Assembly: GCF_037042905.1 (NCBI RefSeq) | Contig: NC_087250.1 | Location: 23,748,001-23,808,000 of the forward strand | DNA from: Lytechinus pictus | Taxonomy: Eukaryota | Length of the DNA stretch: 60,000 bases | Reading direction: 5' to 3' | Part shown: one piece after another, positions 43,721-57,416 of the stretch | Layout of the letters: each line of letters starts with the position of its first letter | How positions within the stretch are numbered: the first letter of the stretch is position 1 | Program-made: the position numbers and the translations under genes | The notes under the pieces: generated by a model | What the model was told of the DNA's origin: nothing | Seen by the model: only the letters and a program-made list of their open reading frames with translations | Databases searched by the model: none

Positions 43721-44179
43721 TTAAAACCCATGTAAACACTATCCAACATGTGGGTTTCATACGGGTTAAATCTGGGCATACCCCATATAAATAACCAGAT
43801 TTCCATCTCGCCTGTACTTCTCTTCATCTGAATAAATATCTGTCTCCAGACCAAAAGGCTTTGAAATAATTAAGAACACTCGGTTAATATTTACTTGGGC
43901 CAGTTATTCAGTTGAAAGTATAGATTATATTCATAGGCAAGTATTTTACTTAGCATTTTACTAGGCTAAGCTAAATGCTTGAACTCGCATTCAGACATCT
44001 TTATCAGGCTAAAGTTAAGCAAAAATACTTAAAACCATTCTTACAACCAAGTTTAAGTATCCATCTGTGCGCAGTATGTATGACTGCCAACATGAACATT
44101 TGTAAACTGCACGCAAGACAGACTCGGGCCAGGTAGTTGACTGAATAGCAAAATACTCGGCCAAAAGCCACTCAGCAAA

Positions 44180-44714
44180 TTCCATTGACGAGTGGATACC
44201 ATATGCGCCACCATGGGGTCTAGCTCGAAAAGCACCCTAAACAAGTATTTTCCATAATCTGAAAATGCACCCCTAAACAATTATTGGTGTGTGAAACCCT
44301 ACCCTAACAAGTATTGGAAACAAAACGACTCTTGGCAAGTATTCTCTGAATTGAACCTCTAAACAATTTTAATTGTTATAGAGGTCTATGTCACAGACGT
44401 CGGTTTGTACATCATTGGGTTTACTACGGCCCCACCTCCCACACCTCGCGCAAATCGGACTCTAAACATGTAGTGTTGAATGCTGGGAAAAAAGTACATC
44501 CTTTATAAAACATTTTAGTCTTTTTTATATCCTCGCAAATTTGACCCTAAACACGTAGCTTTCCTAGCAAAATAGATACCCTTTTTTCATGATTTTAGTG
44601 TTTTTGACACCCTTATTACGTAACGTGCCCCATCTTGAAAAAGACATCCTTTTTATGTGTTTTTTTGGTCGCGCATGGTATCCACTCATCAATGTAAGTG
44701 GCCCCCCCCCCGGG
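44180..44714. mobile_element. Non-autonomous DNA element with CCCGGG-type end
   Basis: CATTGACGAGTGGATACCAT at left, inverse ATGGTATCCACTCATCAATG then GGCCCCCCCCCCGGG at right; internal CCCTAAACA repeats. Confidence 0.55.
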
Positions 44715-44891
44715 CAAACTCCATCACTGACATAATAATAATACATGTATGTTTTAAAGTGTTTTCTATATCCTTTTTAATATTTTCCAGTAATACCAAT
44801 AGAATGTATGATATTAACAGACCAATAACCATATATCAAATAGTATAAAATGTGTTTAGATCAAGTATTTAATAAAAGAGGTACATGTAAA

Positions 44892-45801
44892 AGACATTCG
44901 ATTGTGACTTGTGTTTACAGATATTCGATAGTGACTTGTGTTTACAGACATTCGATAGTGACTTGTGTTTACAGATATTCGATTGTGACTTGTGTTTATA
45001 GACATTCCATTGTGACCTGTGTTTACAGACATTCGATAGTGACCTGTGTTTAAAGACATTTGATTGTGACCTGTGTTTACAGACATTCGATAGTGACTTG
45101 TGTTTACAGACATTCCATTGTGACCTGTGTTTACAGACATTCGATAGTGACCTGTGTTTAAAGACATTTGATTGTGACCTGTGTTTACAGACATTCGATA
45201 GTGACTTGTGTTTACAGACATTCCATTGTGACCTGTGTTTACAGACATTCGATAGTGACCTGTGTTTAAAGACATTTGATTGTGACCTGTGTTTACAGAC
45301 ATTCGATAGTGACCTGTGTTTAAAGACATTTGATTGTGACCTGTGTTTACAGACATTCGATAGTGACTTGTGTTTACAGACATTCGATAGTGACCTGTGT
45401 TTAAAGACATTTGATTGTGACCTGTGTTTACAGACATTCGATAGTGACCTGTGTTTAAAGACATTCGATAGTGACCTGTGTTTAAAGACATTCGATAGTG
45501 ACCTGTGTTTCCAGACATTCGATAGTGACTTGTGTTTAAAGACATTTGATTGTGACCTGTGTTTACAGACATTTGATTGTGACCTGTGTTTACAGACATT
45601 CCATTGTGACCTGTGTTTACAGACATTCGATAGTGACTTGTGTTTAAAGACATTTGATAGTGACCTGTGTTTCCAGACATTCGATAGTGACTTGTGTTTA
45701 AAGACATTTGATTGTGACCTGTGTTTACAGACATTCCATTGTGACCTGTGTTTACAGACATTCGATAGTGACCTGTGTTTAAAGACATTCGATTGCGACT
45801 T
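44892..45801. repeat. 27-bp minisatellite, ~34 copies
   Basis: Unit AGACATTCGATAGTGACCTGTGTTTAC with few variants. Confidence 0.97.
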
Positions 45802-46734
45802 GCATGACATCAAATCTCAACTTATGAAGGTTAAATACTTGAACACTATATTTTGTAGGTGACCTAGACCATTGCAATATAAACGTGATAATTCAACCCT
45901 TACTTTTGGTGGAAATAAATTACTTTATCAGGCAAAACATTCATTTTGGGGGGCTACTTTTTCACAAGCTTATGTGCAAACCTACAACACTGGATAAGCA
46001 TTAATATTGCAGTGAATGAGGATTCATCAGGGGTCTTTAATGTTAGTTTCCAGGGCCGATCTTACAAAGACTTGCGATTGATCCAATCAATCGTAACTAT
46101 GGACGGCCAGCAATGTTCATCAACATATAAAATGCTTGTTTGTTCAAAAAAAAATTCTAGAAATTTTATATCCATAATTCATTGATTTCTTGACAATTTG
46201 GTGTGTTCTCCTTTGTCTACAAAAGACATTTTACAAATTTCCTGTAGAAAAAATTATGATACTGATGGATTTCCATAGAGTTACGATTGATTGGATCAAT
46301 CATAACTCTTTGTAAGATGGTCTCTTTTGAGCATTTGGGGGCGAAATCACCCAGTGTCCCTGTGTATCTTTTCCCAGCACTGTACGTATCCATCAGTGAT
46401 AATATGGTCAACCATGGCATACTCGATGGTCTTTTGATTTTTTTGCATGACAAAGGGAGATCAAATTCTGGGCTCCTCTGCACAGGCATTGTAGGTTTAA
46501 AAGGTACGGTATCTCTGTGGGAGCATTTCATCAAACAAAAGTTTTGTCAATGATTTTTCACTGGCTATTGTTATAAGCTACCGAAATCCTTGTATCTGAT
46601 TGGCTCAGAGCATATTTAGTACCGGTACGTGAAAATCACTGGCATGGTGCTTAATGAAATACTTCAACATATTCATACAATTAAATTGATTTTTTTGTCT
46701 TAAACGAATAGGATTTTTATCAAGGACTTTAACC

Positions 46735-47197
46735 GCCCTTTCACAAGGTAAAAAAAAACGTAATAACTAATTTGAATGATGATTCCAGTAAAAAATAAGG
46801 CTAATGACAAAATTTTAGCATGTGTGAAACCAAACTCGAATCACGAATGCTAATCACAATCACAAATTTAAATTCTACTCCTGAGGTGAATTCCAGATAA
46901 GTTTCACTCAAATTACGGTACAAATTGTACGTGTGAAAGGCTTGACCTCAAAAACATCTTTTGGGGGGCAGAGCTTACTTGTCCTTTCAAGCACTTCAGT
47001 AGATAATACAATTGTCATGCACTCATCGTATCGATGCAGTGCTTTGAATGACAAGACACAAAGGACACATACCGCCTTCGCTCGGGAATTCAAATTCAAA
47101 TCAGTTTTTGAGGGAGCATGTGAAAGTTCCAATGATTCTAATGACAAATCGCAATCATCAATACTATGAATTCAAGATTCACGTGTGAAAAGGCCCT
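46735..47197. mobile_element. Harbinger-like MITE (uninterrupted copy)
   Basis: CCCTTTCACA ... TGTGAAAAGGCCCT termini; reverse-complement homolog at 56389-57416. Confidence 0.7.
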
Positions 47198-47578
47198 ATG
47201 TCTATAGATTCATTCAAAGCCAACCTTAAGACATATCCATTCTCATCATATTTCAAATAACAACCCCCCCCTTCCGTGTAATAATTCCCTCTGCGCCTCT
47301 GAATAGAAAACTAAATAGAAGGCACACTCTACTAAAAAATGTTATATATTATGATATTATCATCTCTTTTTCTATTACAGAAGTAAAACAGAATAATAAC
47401 ATTAATAAAAATATGATCAATAATTATTTCCTCCAAAGAAGATTAACTGAATTTAATCAAAGAAACGTAATTTCATCCTTATATACCATAAGCAAAACAA
47501 AAAGCTGAAATTTTATGAAAACAATAAAAACATAATAAAAAAAAAAGAGCTGAAATAGAGGACAAAAGACAATGTTAA

Positions 47579-48152
47579 AGGAGAATGAAACCCTTGAAAC
47601 CAGCTGAATCCATATCAAAGAGAAAAATCAAAGAAACATATTGTTGAAAGTTTGAGGAAGATTGAATGAATAAGAAAGCATTTGAATATTGAGATCACTA
47701 ATGCCATGTAGATCCTCCTATTGGCAATGCGACCAAGATCTGTGATGTCACACACGTACAACTCCCTCATTACTTTAGTACTTATGTCACTTATCTTCTC
47801 ACTTTTATAGAGTCTATCACAAGGTGAGGTGTTCTCTTTATGAGAGGACAAGTACAGATGTTTCACAACATTATATCATTGATGAATCGTTTGTCATATG
47901 ATTAGAATGAGCAAAAAGAGATGTTTTGGGATATATTTTCAGTGTCCAAAAGGGGAGAGTTGTTCATCTGTGACATCATAGATCTTGGTCGCTTTGCCAA
48001 TGGGAGGATCTCCGTAGCATTAGTGATCTCGACATTCAAATGCTCATAACTCTTCTATTGCTAGTCCTATTTTACTCAAACTTTTGTTGATCTTATTCTT
48101 TGATTTTTCTGCTTTCACAAAAGCTAACTTGCTCCAAGAGTTTCATTCTCAT
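47579..48152. mobile_element. Kolobok/T2-like MITE (family B), full length
   Basis: TTAA-AGGAGAATGAAAC ... GTTTCATTCTCAT-TTAA; long internal inverted repeats. Confidence 0.85.
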
Positions 48153-49949
48153 TTAATACAACCCATTAGTATTACCGGCTAAGCCATTATCCTTATCACA
48201 CAAATGGAATTTCATCCTTAATATGAGAAAAATAAAGCTGAATTCAAATATTTTAGTTGCCAATTTCATTGAATATAAGCAATTTTTCTACAAAATTAAA
48301 ATTCATATTTTTCCAGCAAGACATTTGATTCAATAGAAAGTAAACAAACATGGTCAGAGTTGAATTAATATAAATTTCAAGGAAAATAAATATATTAATT
48401 TTTCACATTCATTACTTTCAATCAATGAGATATATGCACATACCATAAGAACACTATCATTGCTGAATTGATCAAATAAATTATGTCAATTTGGGAGGTT
48501 CCAAGAGGCCGAGTGTTACGCACTTGCACAATTATTTTCCTCCTTACCCTGATCTTCAATGTAAACTGAAATATACACACTCGAAAAACACTAGTCGTTG
48601 TAGACTGGGGGGGGGGGCATTCAGCCCCCCTCGACATTTTTTTGCGATAAATCTGCCGCACAAAATCTTATGACCACGTCGCTCGCTGACTTTTTACTTT
48701 TAAGTCTCGCGCAACTTTTGAGACCAAAATTGTGATCCCCAATTACAAGGTTCCGAAATTGCACATTTCGTAACTGCATGCAGACCAAAAATTGCTCAAA
48801 TACATGAATTTCTGAACAAATCGCGGGTAACGCGCATGTCAATTTTGTCGTGATCCACAGCCGAGATCATAAGGGGGGGGGGGCTGAATCAGCCCCCAGT
48901 CTTCTTAGGCGTCAATAGGGTTAATCCAATTTGAAGTCAACTATGCATTTTCAGGACATGCTTTCAAACCAAAGGCAAGCTTTATTAGATAAGGCTATTA
49001 AACAGAAATTATTTTTATGTAGACAACTCTTGTGATAAGACCCCTATCAATCATTACAACATGCTCATAATTTTAATAAATTTATACAACATTGCCTATT
49101 TAAGTATAAATGATTTTCAGCTTGAAATATTATCCTGTCTGTTGACACCCCAAACCTACATCGAACGTTTGCTTTATTGCTTTCATAATGGCACTTGTTA
49201 TACAAATTAATTTCACCCTGCATAAAAAAAATATTTCTCTGTCATACATGCGTATACGTTAAACAACAATCAAGTTTAAATTCACTGATATCATATGCAT
49301 GTTTCATAATACATGATGCAATTATATTGTGAGTAAAACTCAAGAGGCCCGTATTCTGAACTCGGATTTAAATTAAACCATGGTTTAAAGTTGTGGTTGA
49401 ACTATGGAGAGCCAACTGGGGCACAAATCTCTATTAGTACACATTGAATTATTAACTCACATGACACTCAAATCATTCATAACTGCTGGGAATGATAACT
49501 GAAGTATTTTTCGTCATTGTAAAAACAAGGGGGAAACAAAATAGTAAAAATAAGAAATATACAATGTAAACACAGTTTTTGGCATGTTTTGCATAATTCT
49601 AGCACAGAGTTAGACCGTGCTCTAAGTTAAACCTGACTTCAGAAAGAGGGCCATACAGATTAATCTCAAGAGCTTGGCTGACCAATGTATATGAAATAGA
49701 GACCCCATGTCTGCATGTACCTAAAAATTGACTTGAGAATAAACATGAATTTCTTTAAAATTTCACAAAACTTTCTAGTTAACATTGTTTCTTATAATTT
49801 CTTAAGAGTAAATGTGCCAAAACTTGAGAGAAATAAATGACTTTCTTGGTCATTTAACTTGAAATCATGATTTTCCCAATCTCTTTTGGATGATGTTGGG
49901 GAATAGTGACATTAGAAGTCGTTCATCAACACTTCAAATCCAGCAGATG

Positions 49950-51520
49950 AACACTCAACATTAGCCTTCAACTCATAACGAATATGTCATACTTTCCAAG
50001 GTCAGTCCAAACAGTTGAATACCCCAACACTCCTGATTTAAACACCTTGTTAGGAATTAATGATACTGGGTATGCTTTTGATACATTTAGGTCAACACCA
50101 GATAAACATTACTCCCAAGACCAACCTTACATTACCTTGGGTTTAGCGTTGAAGCTGGTGTTGCCTTTAAACCAACACCAGATTTATATATCATGCTTGA
50201 AATTTAAAAAAAAATGTCATTTACGCTATTCATAGCTCAACATCAGGTGATATCCGCCCAACACCAACAATGACCAACTTTACTTCAAGTTTAGAGTTGG
50301 GGCTGGTGTTGGTGTTGCCTTTACACCAGCACCAGATTTATAAAACCAACCTTACTTCAGGTAAGTGTTGTGGCTGGCATTGCCTTGACACTACAGTGTG
50401 TCTCTAAAAAAAGTAAACCCAACTTCGACGGCAAATTTTCAGAAAACTAAAAAATATTTACACATTATTTTTTAATTGTTAGATAGTCCAATAAGTCTTC
50501 TGTCCAATTACATCACTTAGGTTATCTAACTCTCATGCATGACTGAGCATGATTCAACTTAGTGAACTGGTGTCAAATCATCACTGTGGCAAGTTATTTC
50601 TTGTTATTTTCATGCATTCAAGGCCTATTTGAAGTTAAACTCAGTGGTTCCGTGATCAGCATACTTTCTCACATTGTACCAGATGGCCCTTTTGTTGGAG
50701 GCTGCCTCTCGGGGAACTGCACCCGAAAAGCCTCTTGAACTTCCACGAAACTTCTTGTTTCCTGGTATTGAGTTACCAGGAATACTCTCTGCTCAATTGT
50801 CAACTGTACCATGTTTGAAAAGCATGTGAAGTGTGCCTGTGTTAGGAACAACCTTTGCTGAAGTTGTTATGAAATTATAGGCCTAACATGTGACCAAAAT
50901 TTAACTTCAAATAGGCCTTGAATGCATGACAATAGCAAGAAATAACTTGCCACAGTGATGATTTAATCATAGGCCTAACATGTGACAAACATTTGACTTC
51001 AAATAGGCCTTGAATGCATGACAATAACAAGAAATAACTTGCCACAGTGATGATTTGACACCAGTTCACTAAGTTGAATCATGCTCAGTCATGCATAAGA
51101 GTTAGATAACCTTAGTGATATAATTGGACAGAGGACTTATTGGACTATCTAACCGTGAAAAAATAATGTGTAAATATTTTTTAGTTTTCTGAAAATTTGC
51201 CATTGAAGTTGGGTTTACTTTTTTTAGAGACACGCTGTATAACCAGATTTATAGACCATTCTTATAAGTAATAACCCAACACCAGGTGACATCCCTCCCA
51301 ACACCAACAGTGACCAACTTTACTTTTAGTGTTGTGGCTGGTGTTGCCTTTACACCAACATCAGATTTATAAAAAGAAAACACCATGCTTGAAATTAATG
51401 ATACCATTCATGCAATTGATAGCTCAAAGCCAGGTGACATCCCTCCAAACATTAACCTCACTGCATGTTTAGTTGTGTAGCTGGTGTTGTTTGACCCCAA
51501 CCCCAGCTTTCAGCACCAAA
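49950..51520. repeat. Degenerate tandem repeat (CTGGTGTTGCCTTTACACCAACACCAGATTTATA motif) split by a Tc1/mariner element
   Basis: Motif recurs near 50155, 50310, 50375 and 51338; units continue across the insertion. Confidence 0.6.
50394..51237 (-). mobile_element. Tc1/mariner deletion derivative with ~240-bp TIRs
   Basis: TA flanks, CAG(T/C)GTGTCTCTAAAAAAAGTAAACCC termini; remnant MVQLTIEQRVFLVTQYQETRSFVEVQEAFRVQFPERQPP resembles the N-terminal HTH of mariner-type transposases. Confidence 0.88.
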
Positions 51521-52144
51521 CTTGTAATCACTTGATTGAAAACGGGAGCGTTTCAGGTAAGGACTTGTCATTGTTTTATCTGACAAGTCCCCTTTTATCC
51601 GAGTTACCATAGTAACCATACTTCTCAGCCAATCAAATTCAATGAGTTGTCAGATACGACAACTTGTCGGATGAAAAATTTGATGAAACGCTCCCCAGTA
51701 TTAAATAAATGACCGGGCATATATAGTGATAACATCCTTCATCAAATGAAAAGAAATTTGGAATGATAAGTAGAACGGTTTTCTTGACCTTTGATACATG
51801 AGACTATGGGGGTTCCACAACAAAAGAGTTACATACATGTAAGTGCAATTCAATAAAGATATGCTTACATTAAAGTGCAAACCCACACATGATATCTAAT
51901 AAGGAATATCTTTGATTTTCTGTTTTAATTCACATGCTTTGAGGATTAATCATGACTCTGATTAATGCGGTGATGCGTTAAATATTCCACATTCAACTGA
52001 CGATCTAAATACAGATCTTTATAATCGCAGATTATCTTTGTTAAACATCCCCACAAGCAGACTGTGTTATTGGACATAAATATAAACCAAACAGATATGA
52101 ATGTGATCTTTTTCCCTGAGGGTCAAATGTTGTCTTGTTCTCTA

Positions 52145-53757
52145 TCAAGGATCATCTAGCGTATGGGTTGCCATGTGCAACGTCAAATGACCACTCTGGG
52201 GAAATTTCTTGCCACATAGAGCACACTCATACGGCTTCTCCCCAGTATGAGTTCGCATGTGAACCACCAACGTCCCGCTCTGTGCAAACCTGTTATCACA
52301 CACAGAGCACTTGTAAGGTCGATCACCCGTGTGAGTCCGCATGTGTGTGATGAGTCCTGTGTTCTGCGTGAAGCGCTTGCTGCAGATGGTACACTTGTGC
52401 TTCTTCTCCCCTGTGTGGATCTTTTTATGGTTCGAGAGGCCATCCCAGCGAGAAAACTCCTTTTTGCAGACATCACATTTGAAGGGTTTTTCTCCCGTAT
52501 GTGTTCGCAGGTGCTTTGTCAGCGTCTTCTTCGCCGTGAACGCCTTCTTGCAGTAGGTGCATTTGTAGGGATTCTCTCCAGTATGGATACGCATGTGTAT
52601 CGTCAGGAGTCCGCTCTGGGCGTACTTCTTGTCGCAGATAGTGCATTTGTAGGGCTTTTCGCCAGTATGGACACGCATGTGAGTGGCGAGGCCGCTGCTC
52701 TGGCCAAACCCCTTCTTGCAGATAGTGCAAATGTATGGTTTCTCCCCGCTGTGGGTTCTTCTATGGCTCCTCAGGCTACTCAACCGAGGGAAGACCTTGT
52801 CGCAGTCTTGGCACGCATAGGGTTTCTTTCCCGTGTGGATCCGCATGTGGGACACCAACCCACTGTTGTAATAAAATCCCTTGTTACAAACAGAGCAATG
52901 CAACGGAGCATCGCCGATGTGCGTACCCATGTGTTCTGAAAGACTACTGCCGTGAGAGAATCGTTTGTTGCATACTGTGCACTGGTAAGGTTGTTCTTTG
53001 GTATGGGTCCTCATGTGAACCACAAGGCCTTCTGACCGTGCAAAGCACCTCTTGCAGACTTTGCATTGATGCGGTTTCTCCCCGCTGTGGACTGTCATAT
53101 GCTTCCTAACCCCACTCCGCTGTGAGAAGCTCTTTGGACAGACTGGACATTTAAAAGGCTTTTCCCCCGTATGGGTTCTTATGTGGTCATCAAGGTTTCT
53201 GGTACGGTGGAATCCCTTACCGCAGATGGAGCATGTGTAGCGTAGCTTCTTGTTGTGGGTCGTCATGTGGTCCTTCAGAAGCTCACTCTCGGAAAAAAGC
53301 TCATCGCACACCGAGCACTTGAAGGATTGTGCTCCGATGTGCGTCGCAACGTGAACAGCCAGCGTGCTCCTCTTGAAGTATCCCTTGTTGCATACGGAGC
53401 ACTTGAATGGCTTTTCTCCTGGGTGGCTATTCATGTGCTCCCGCAGCAGACCGCCATGGGCGAATCCCTCGTTACAAACATGGCACGCATACTTTAAGTC
53501 TTTCCCGTGTGTTTTCACATGCTCCTGCAGTTGGTCTTTGAAGTTGAAAGCAACGTTGCATATGCAACACTGGTGGCAAGACTCTCCTATCTTAATACTG
53601 TCTGTGTCCTCACCATTGTTAGGGGTTGGTGTGCCATCAGTGCAGCTCAGAGACGCTTCACCAATAAGTTGAAGAGGTTTGGACTCAACCTCGGATTCCG
53701 ACTGAACCTCCGTCTTCACCAGTCCTGAAGATACCTTATTTGTGGTTTTCTGGCTAC
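52145..53757 (-). CDS. C2H2 zinc-finger protein, last coding exon (17 tandem Kruppel-type fingers)
   Basis: Repeated HTGEKPY linkers; acceptor TTGTTTTCTCCAG at 53758, phase 1 matches the donor at 58042. Confidence 0.93.
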
Positions 53758-53950
53758 CTGGAGAAAACAAGAAACCATGAAGGAAGAGAATGAATATCAT
53801 CTATGAGCATGCGCATATTTAGACAGCTGAAATCTGTCTGTCTGGAGAGATTTAAAACATTTTTTAACTCTTTCAGTTTCTCTTTGATTAATACACACAC
53901 AGTGGTGCTCATGAACCAAAGCAGTGAAGTGTTGTAAACCAAATGCAATT

Positions 53951-56360
53951 GGGCAATTCCATAGGTTGGTGGACATGAGCTTAAAAATTCAAATTCAATA
54001 TTTTCTTGAATTTTTAAATACTTTAAGTCCTTTATACATGATAATTTCAGGAACAAAAAATAAAAAGATTATTTTCATATGTATACTTTGGAAAAAAATT
54101 GTCAAAAGTTGTCTTCCATTCTGTACCAAAATACAAGAAATATAGTGAAAAATTAAATATGCCTTATTCCCATTTGTTATTGCAACATCATACCACTTCA
54201 TATATTTCTGAAGTTTAAAAGAGTCAAATTACTTAAAATACACAACATATTTTCAATTAAATTTGTAGTACTTAGTTCAAAAATAAATATTGCAACCTGC
54301 TCAGGTGATGTAACGTGAGTAACCCAAAAAACTGACTTTGTTTTCTGGGAGAAAAATTCTTCACAGTTAATTGGTGGGATTTTAAATTCTCTTCCTTCAA
54401 ACAATCTTTGACATGGTGATGACTATCAAAATCATTAAAAAATACAAATTTTTATAAAAATGATGAAGAAAAACTGTAACGTGAGTAACTGTGTAACGTG
54501 AGTAACCATCATGTAACGTGAGTAACCAGTAAAAATTATGAAGTTAGGTAACATTTTCTGTGGGATATCAAGTTTTAATTCTCATGGTGAGTTGTGAAGT
54601 TATTTTTGATTAATTAAAAGCAAAATGAGGGTACACCTCTTTGATGTGACTCTTTTTTCATCAAAATATCAGTGGTCATACAATCACACAAAAATCGAAT
54701 ACTAGTAGAAGTATTCACAATGCGAGAGTGCATTAGTAAGACTCAAAGCTTAGATTAACCAAACTTTAAAGTGTCTTTGAACAATACATTGAATGCCCTT
54801 AACCCTATCTAGGCCGGGGTAATTTGGGAGTTCATATGGCCAAGGGGGGGGGGGGGGGCCTCACAAGCCCCCCCTTGAGATCTCGGCCATTGGCCACACG
54901 ATTGCGCCGAAAATTGACACGCAGGTTGTCTTGGACATAATCTACAAAACTGTACAGTAATTTATTTCATGCAAATGGGTATTAAGCGATTTTGCTAATT
55001 TATGCGTAATAAGTAAGCGAATCATACTTTTCCCTCTTACTCCTTCAATAAAGCCCTAATTGTTCAAATTTGTGGTATAAAAACTCTTTTTGGTGTTCCT
55101 AGCAAGTGTACTTGAAAAAAAATTGCGATATCAGATAAATTTCTTATTCATTTTATTGTTTTTTGCAATTTCTTATGTATTTCATTGTTTTTTGGACCTT
55201 TTGTTTTTTCAATGAAATTTGTTGGGTACTCTTCTGAGATCATAAATGGCATAAAATAAATACATTTAGACCAGCAAAACTAAAAATAATCATACATTTA
55301 TGATTTTTGGTTGAAAACAGAATTTGCATGGACTTTGAAGAACCTGCTCCTTTTCTAATCCTGATATGACAGTGTGATTGGTTGATCAGTTTCTAGCTTT
55401 TTTTTTCATTTACCAGTGTTGATGTACATGTATCGGGATCTCATTTTTACTTAGACAGTCATTCTGCAAGGATCAATATTACTGACACTCTTCATGTCAA
55501 AGAAACTAGATCCACCGTCTATTGCTAATAATAGCGGACACTTTAAATTCACAGACACTTTTTAATCAGCTGTATAGTACAGTCAAAATTATGCAGGTTA
55601 AAATGACACGGAGAGTATCAAGAAATGGAAGCTCAATGTGTCTTTGTACTGTATAGCCCATCTGAACTGTACATTTTAATTGTGTTTGCCTATAGGCCTA
55701 ATCATAGCTGGTTCTTTAATTGATGTTGAGGGTTTTACATTTTTTTATTTACACAGCCCAAGCCAGATCTTGTACAGAAATAGTGAATACATTACCAATA
55801 TACTGACCAATAAGTAAAAGAGAGGAGGAAACTTATTCAGAATGTTAACTTTAAACATAAACTGGTGTCTGAAATCCTACTCACATTATTACAGAAACAG
55901 AAACATGAATTTTACACACATTATTGAATTTTTAGTGACATTTATGTTGTAACGTGAGCAACTAACCGTAACATGAGTAACCACTTTATCTGAACCCCTA
56001 TCAAAAACCATGTGTTCTTTATTTTTTTAATTATATACAAAGTTTGTCTCCCTAATGTACTTCTTTGAAATGGATATAATCAACTTTCATAAAAGCCTTG
56101 TATGAGGACACTCTTCACTTAGGTCGACTTTTCATTTTATGCATGTCCAAATCATGTAACGTGAGTAACCGACACATTTCAAAGATTTTCCAGGAGCATA
56201 ATAAAATTTCCCAAGTTTTGTTTTTATACAAAGGATAGTCAGACTGTGTACTTTGTTGTGATAAAGAGATGTTTAGTTCCTATCAATAATAATGGAGTAA
56301 CAGCTCCAAGTATGAGTCAAGGTGTCTCCAAATGTAACGTGAGTAACCGTGGAATAGCCC
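53951..56360. mobile_element. Sola-like non-autonomous DNA transposon in the ZnF intron
   Basis: TIR GGGC(A/T)ATTCCA, 4-bp TSD AATT (53947-53950, 56361-56364), ~8 copies of GTAACGTGAGTAAC; nested piggyBac-like MITE fragment ~54803-55335. Confidence 0.75.
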
Positions 56361-56388
56361 AATTGGTATTAATCAAAGTGTGATTTTT

Positions 56389-57416
56389 AGGGCCTTTTCA
56401 CACGTGAATCTTGAATCACCATTGTAATGATGATTGCAATTCGTCTTTAGAATCATTGGACCTTTCACACGCTCATTTGAAAACTGTGATTTGAATTTGA
56501 ATTCCAGAGCAAAGGCGGTATATGTCCTTGGTGACTTGTCAATCAAAGCACTGCATCGATATGATGAGTGCATGACAATTGTATTATCTACTGAAGTGCT
56601 TGAACGGACACGGAAGCTCCGCCCCCCAAAAGATGCTTTGGAGGTCAAGCCTTTCACATGTACATTTCGTACCGTAATTTGAGTGAAACTTAAAGGACAA
56701 GTCCACCCCAACAAAAAGTTGATTTGAATAAAAAGAGAAAAATCCAACGAAAGTAACGCTGAAAATTTCATCAAAATCGGATATAAAATAAGAAAGTTAT
56801 GACATTTTAAAGTTTCGCTTAATTTCACAAAACACTTATATGCACATCCTGGCTGGTATGCAAATGAGGAGACTATGTCATCCACACACTATTTCTTTTG
56901 TATTTCATTATATGAAATATTCTAATTTTCTCCTCATTGTCAAGTGATACAACAATTTATTCCTCCCTGAACATGTGAAGTTAGTATTCTTTAATACAAT
57001 ATGGTTCATTCAAGTTGGTCCTTATTGTCAAATCTATAAAAAATGAAATATTGCATAATTCTAACAATAAAAAACAAAATAAATAGTGATGGACATCATC
57101 GACTGACCCACCAGTTGTGCATAACACTGTTTTGTGAAAAATAAGCGAAAATTTAAAATGTCAGAACTTTCTTATTTTACATCCGATTTTGATGAAATTT
57201 TCAGCACTATGCTAGTTTGATTTTTCTCTATTTATTCAAGTTAGCATTTTCCTGGGGTGGACTTGACCTTTAACTGGAATTCACCGCCGGAGTAGAATTT
57301 GAATTCGTTATTGTGATTAGCGTTCGTAATTCTAGTTTGGTTTCACCTGTGCTAAATATTTGTCACTAGCCTTATTTTTCACTGGAATCACGATTTTTTA
57401 CCATGTGTAAGGGGGT
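56389..57416. mobile_element. Harbinger-like MITE interrupted by a family A MITE (56694-57269)
   Basis: Homologous to 46735-47197; insert bounded by TTAA at 56690-56693 and 57270-57273. Confidence 0.8.

Noticed and set aside
44856..45862. Long repetitive ORFs or CRISPR-like array
   Set aside because: Pure 27-bp tandem units with no unique spacers; open frames follow from a stop-free unit divisible by 3; no splice or expression evidence
52135..53728. Antisense and alternate-frame ORFs over the ZnF exon (likewise within 28579-33996 and pol)
   Set aside because: Shadow ORFs of genuine coding sequence with no recognisable domains
53758..53800. ORF-track N-terminus MIFILFLHGFLFSP of the ZnF protein
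   Set aside because: It is the intron polypyrimidine tract and acceptor; the exon starts at 53757
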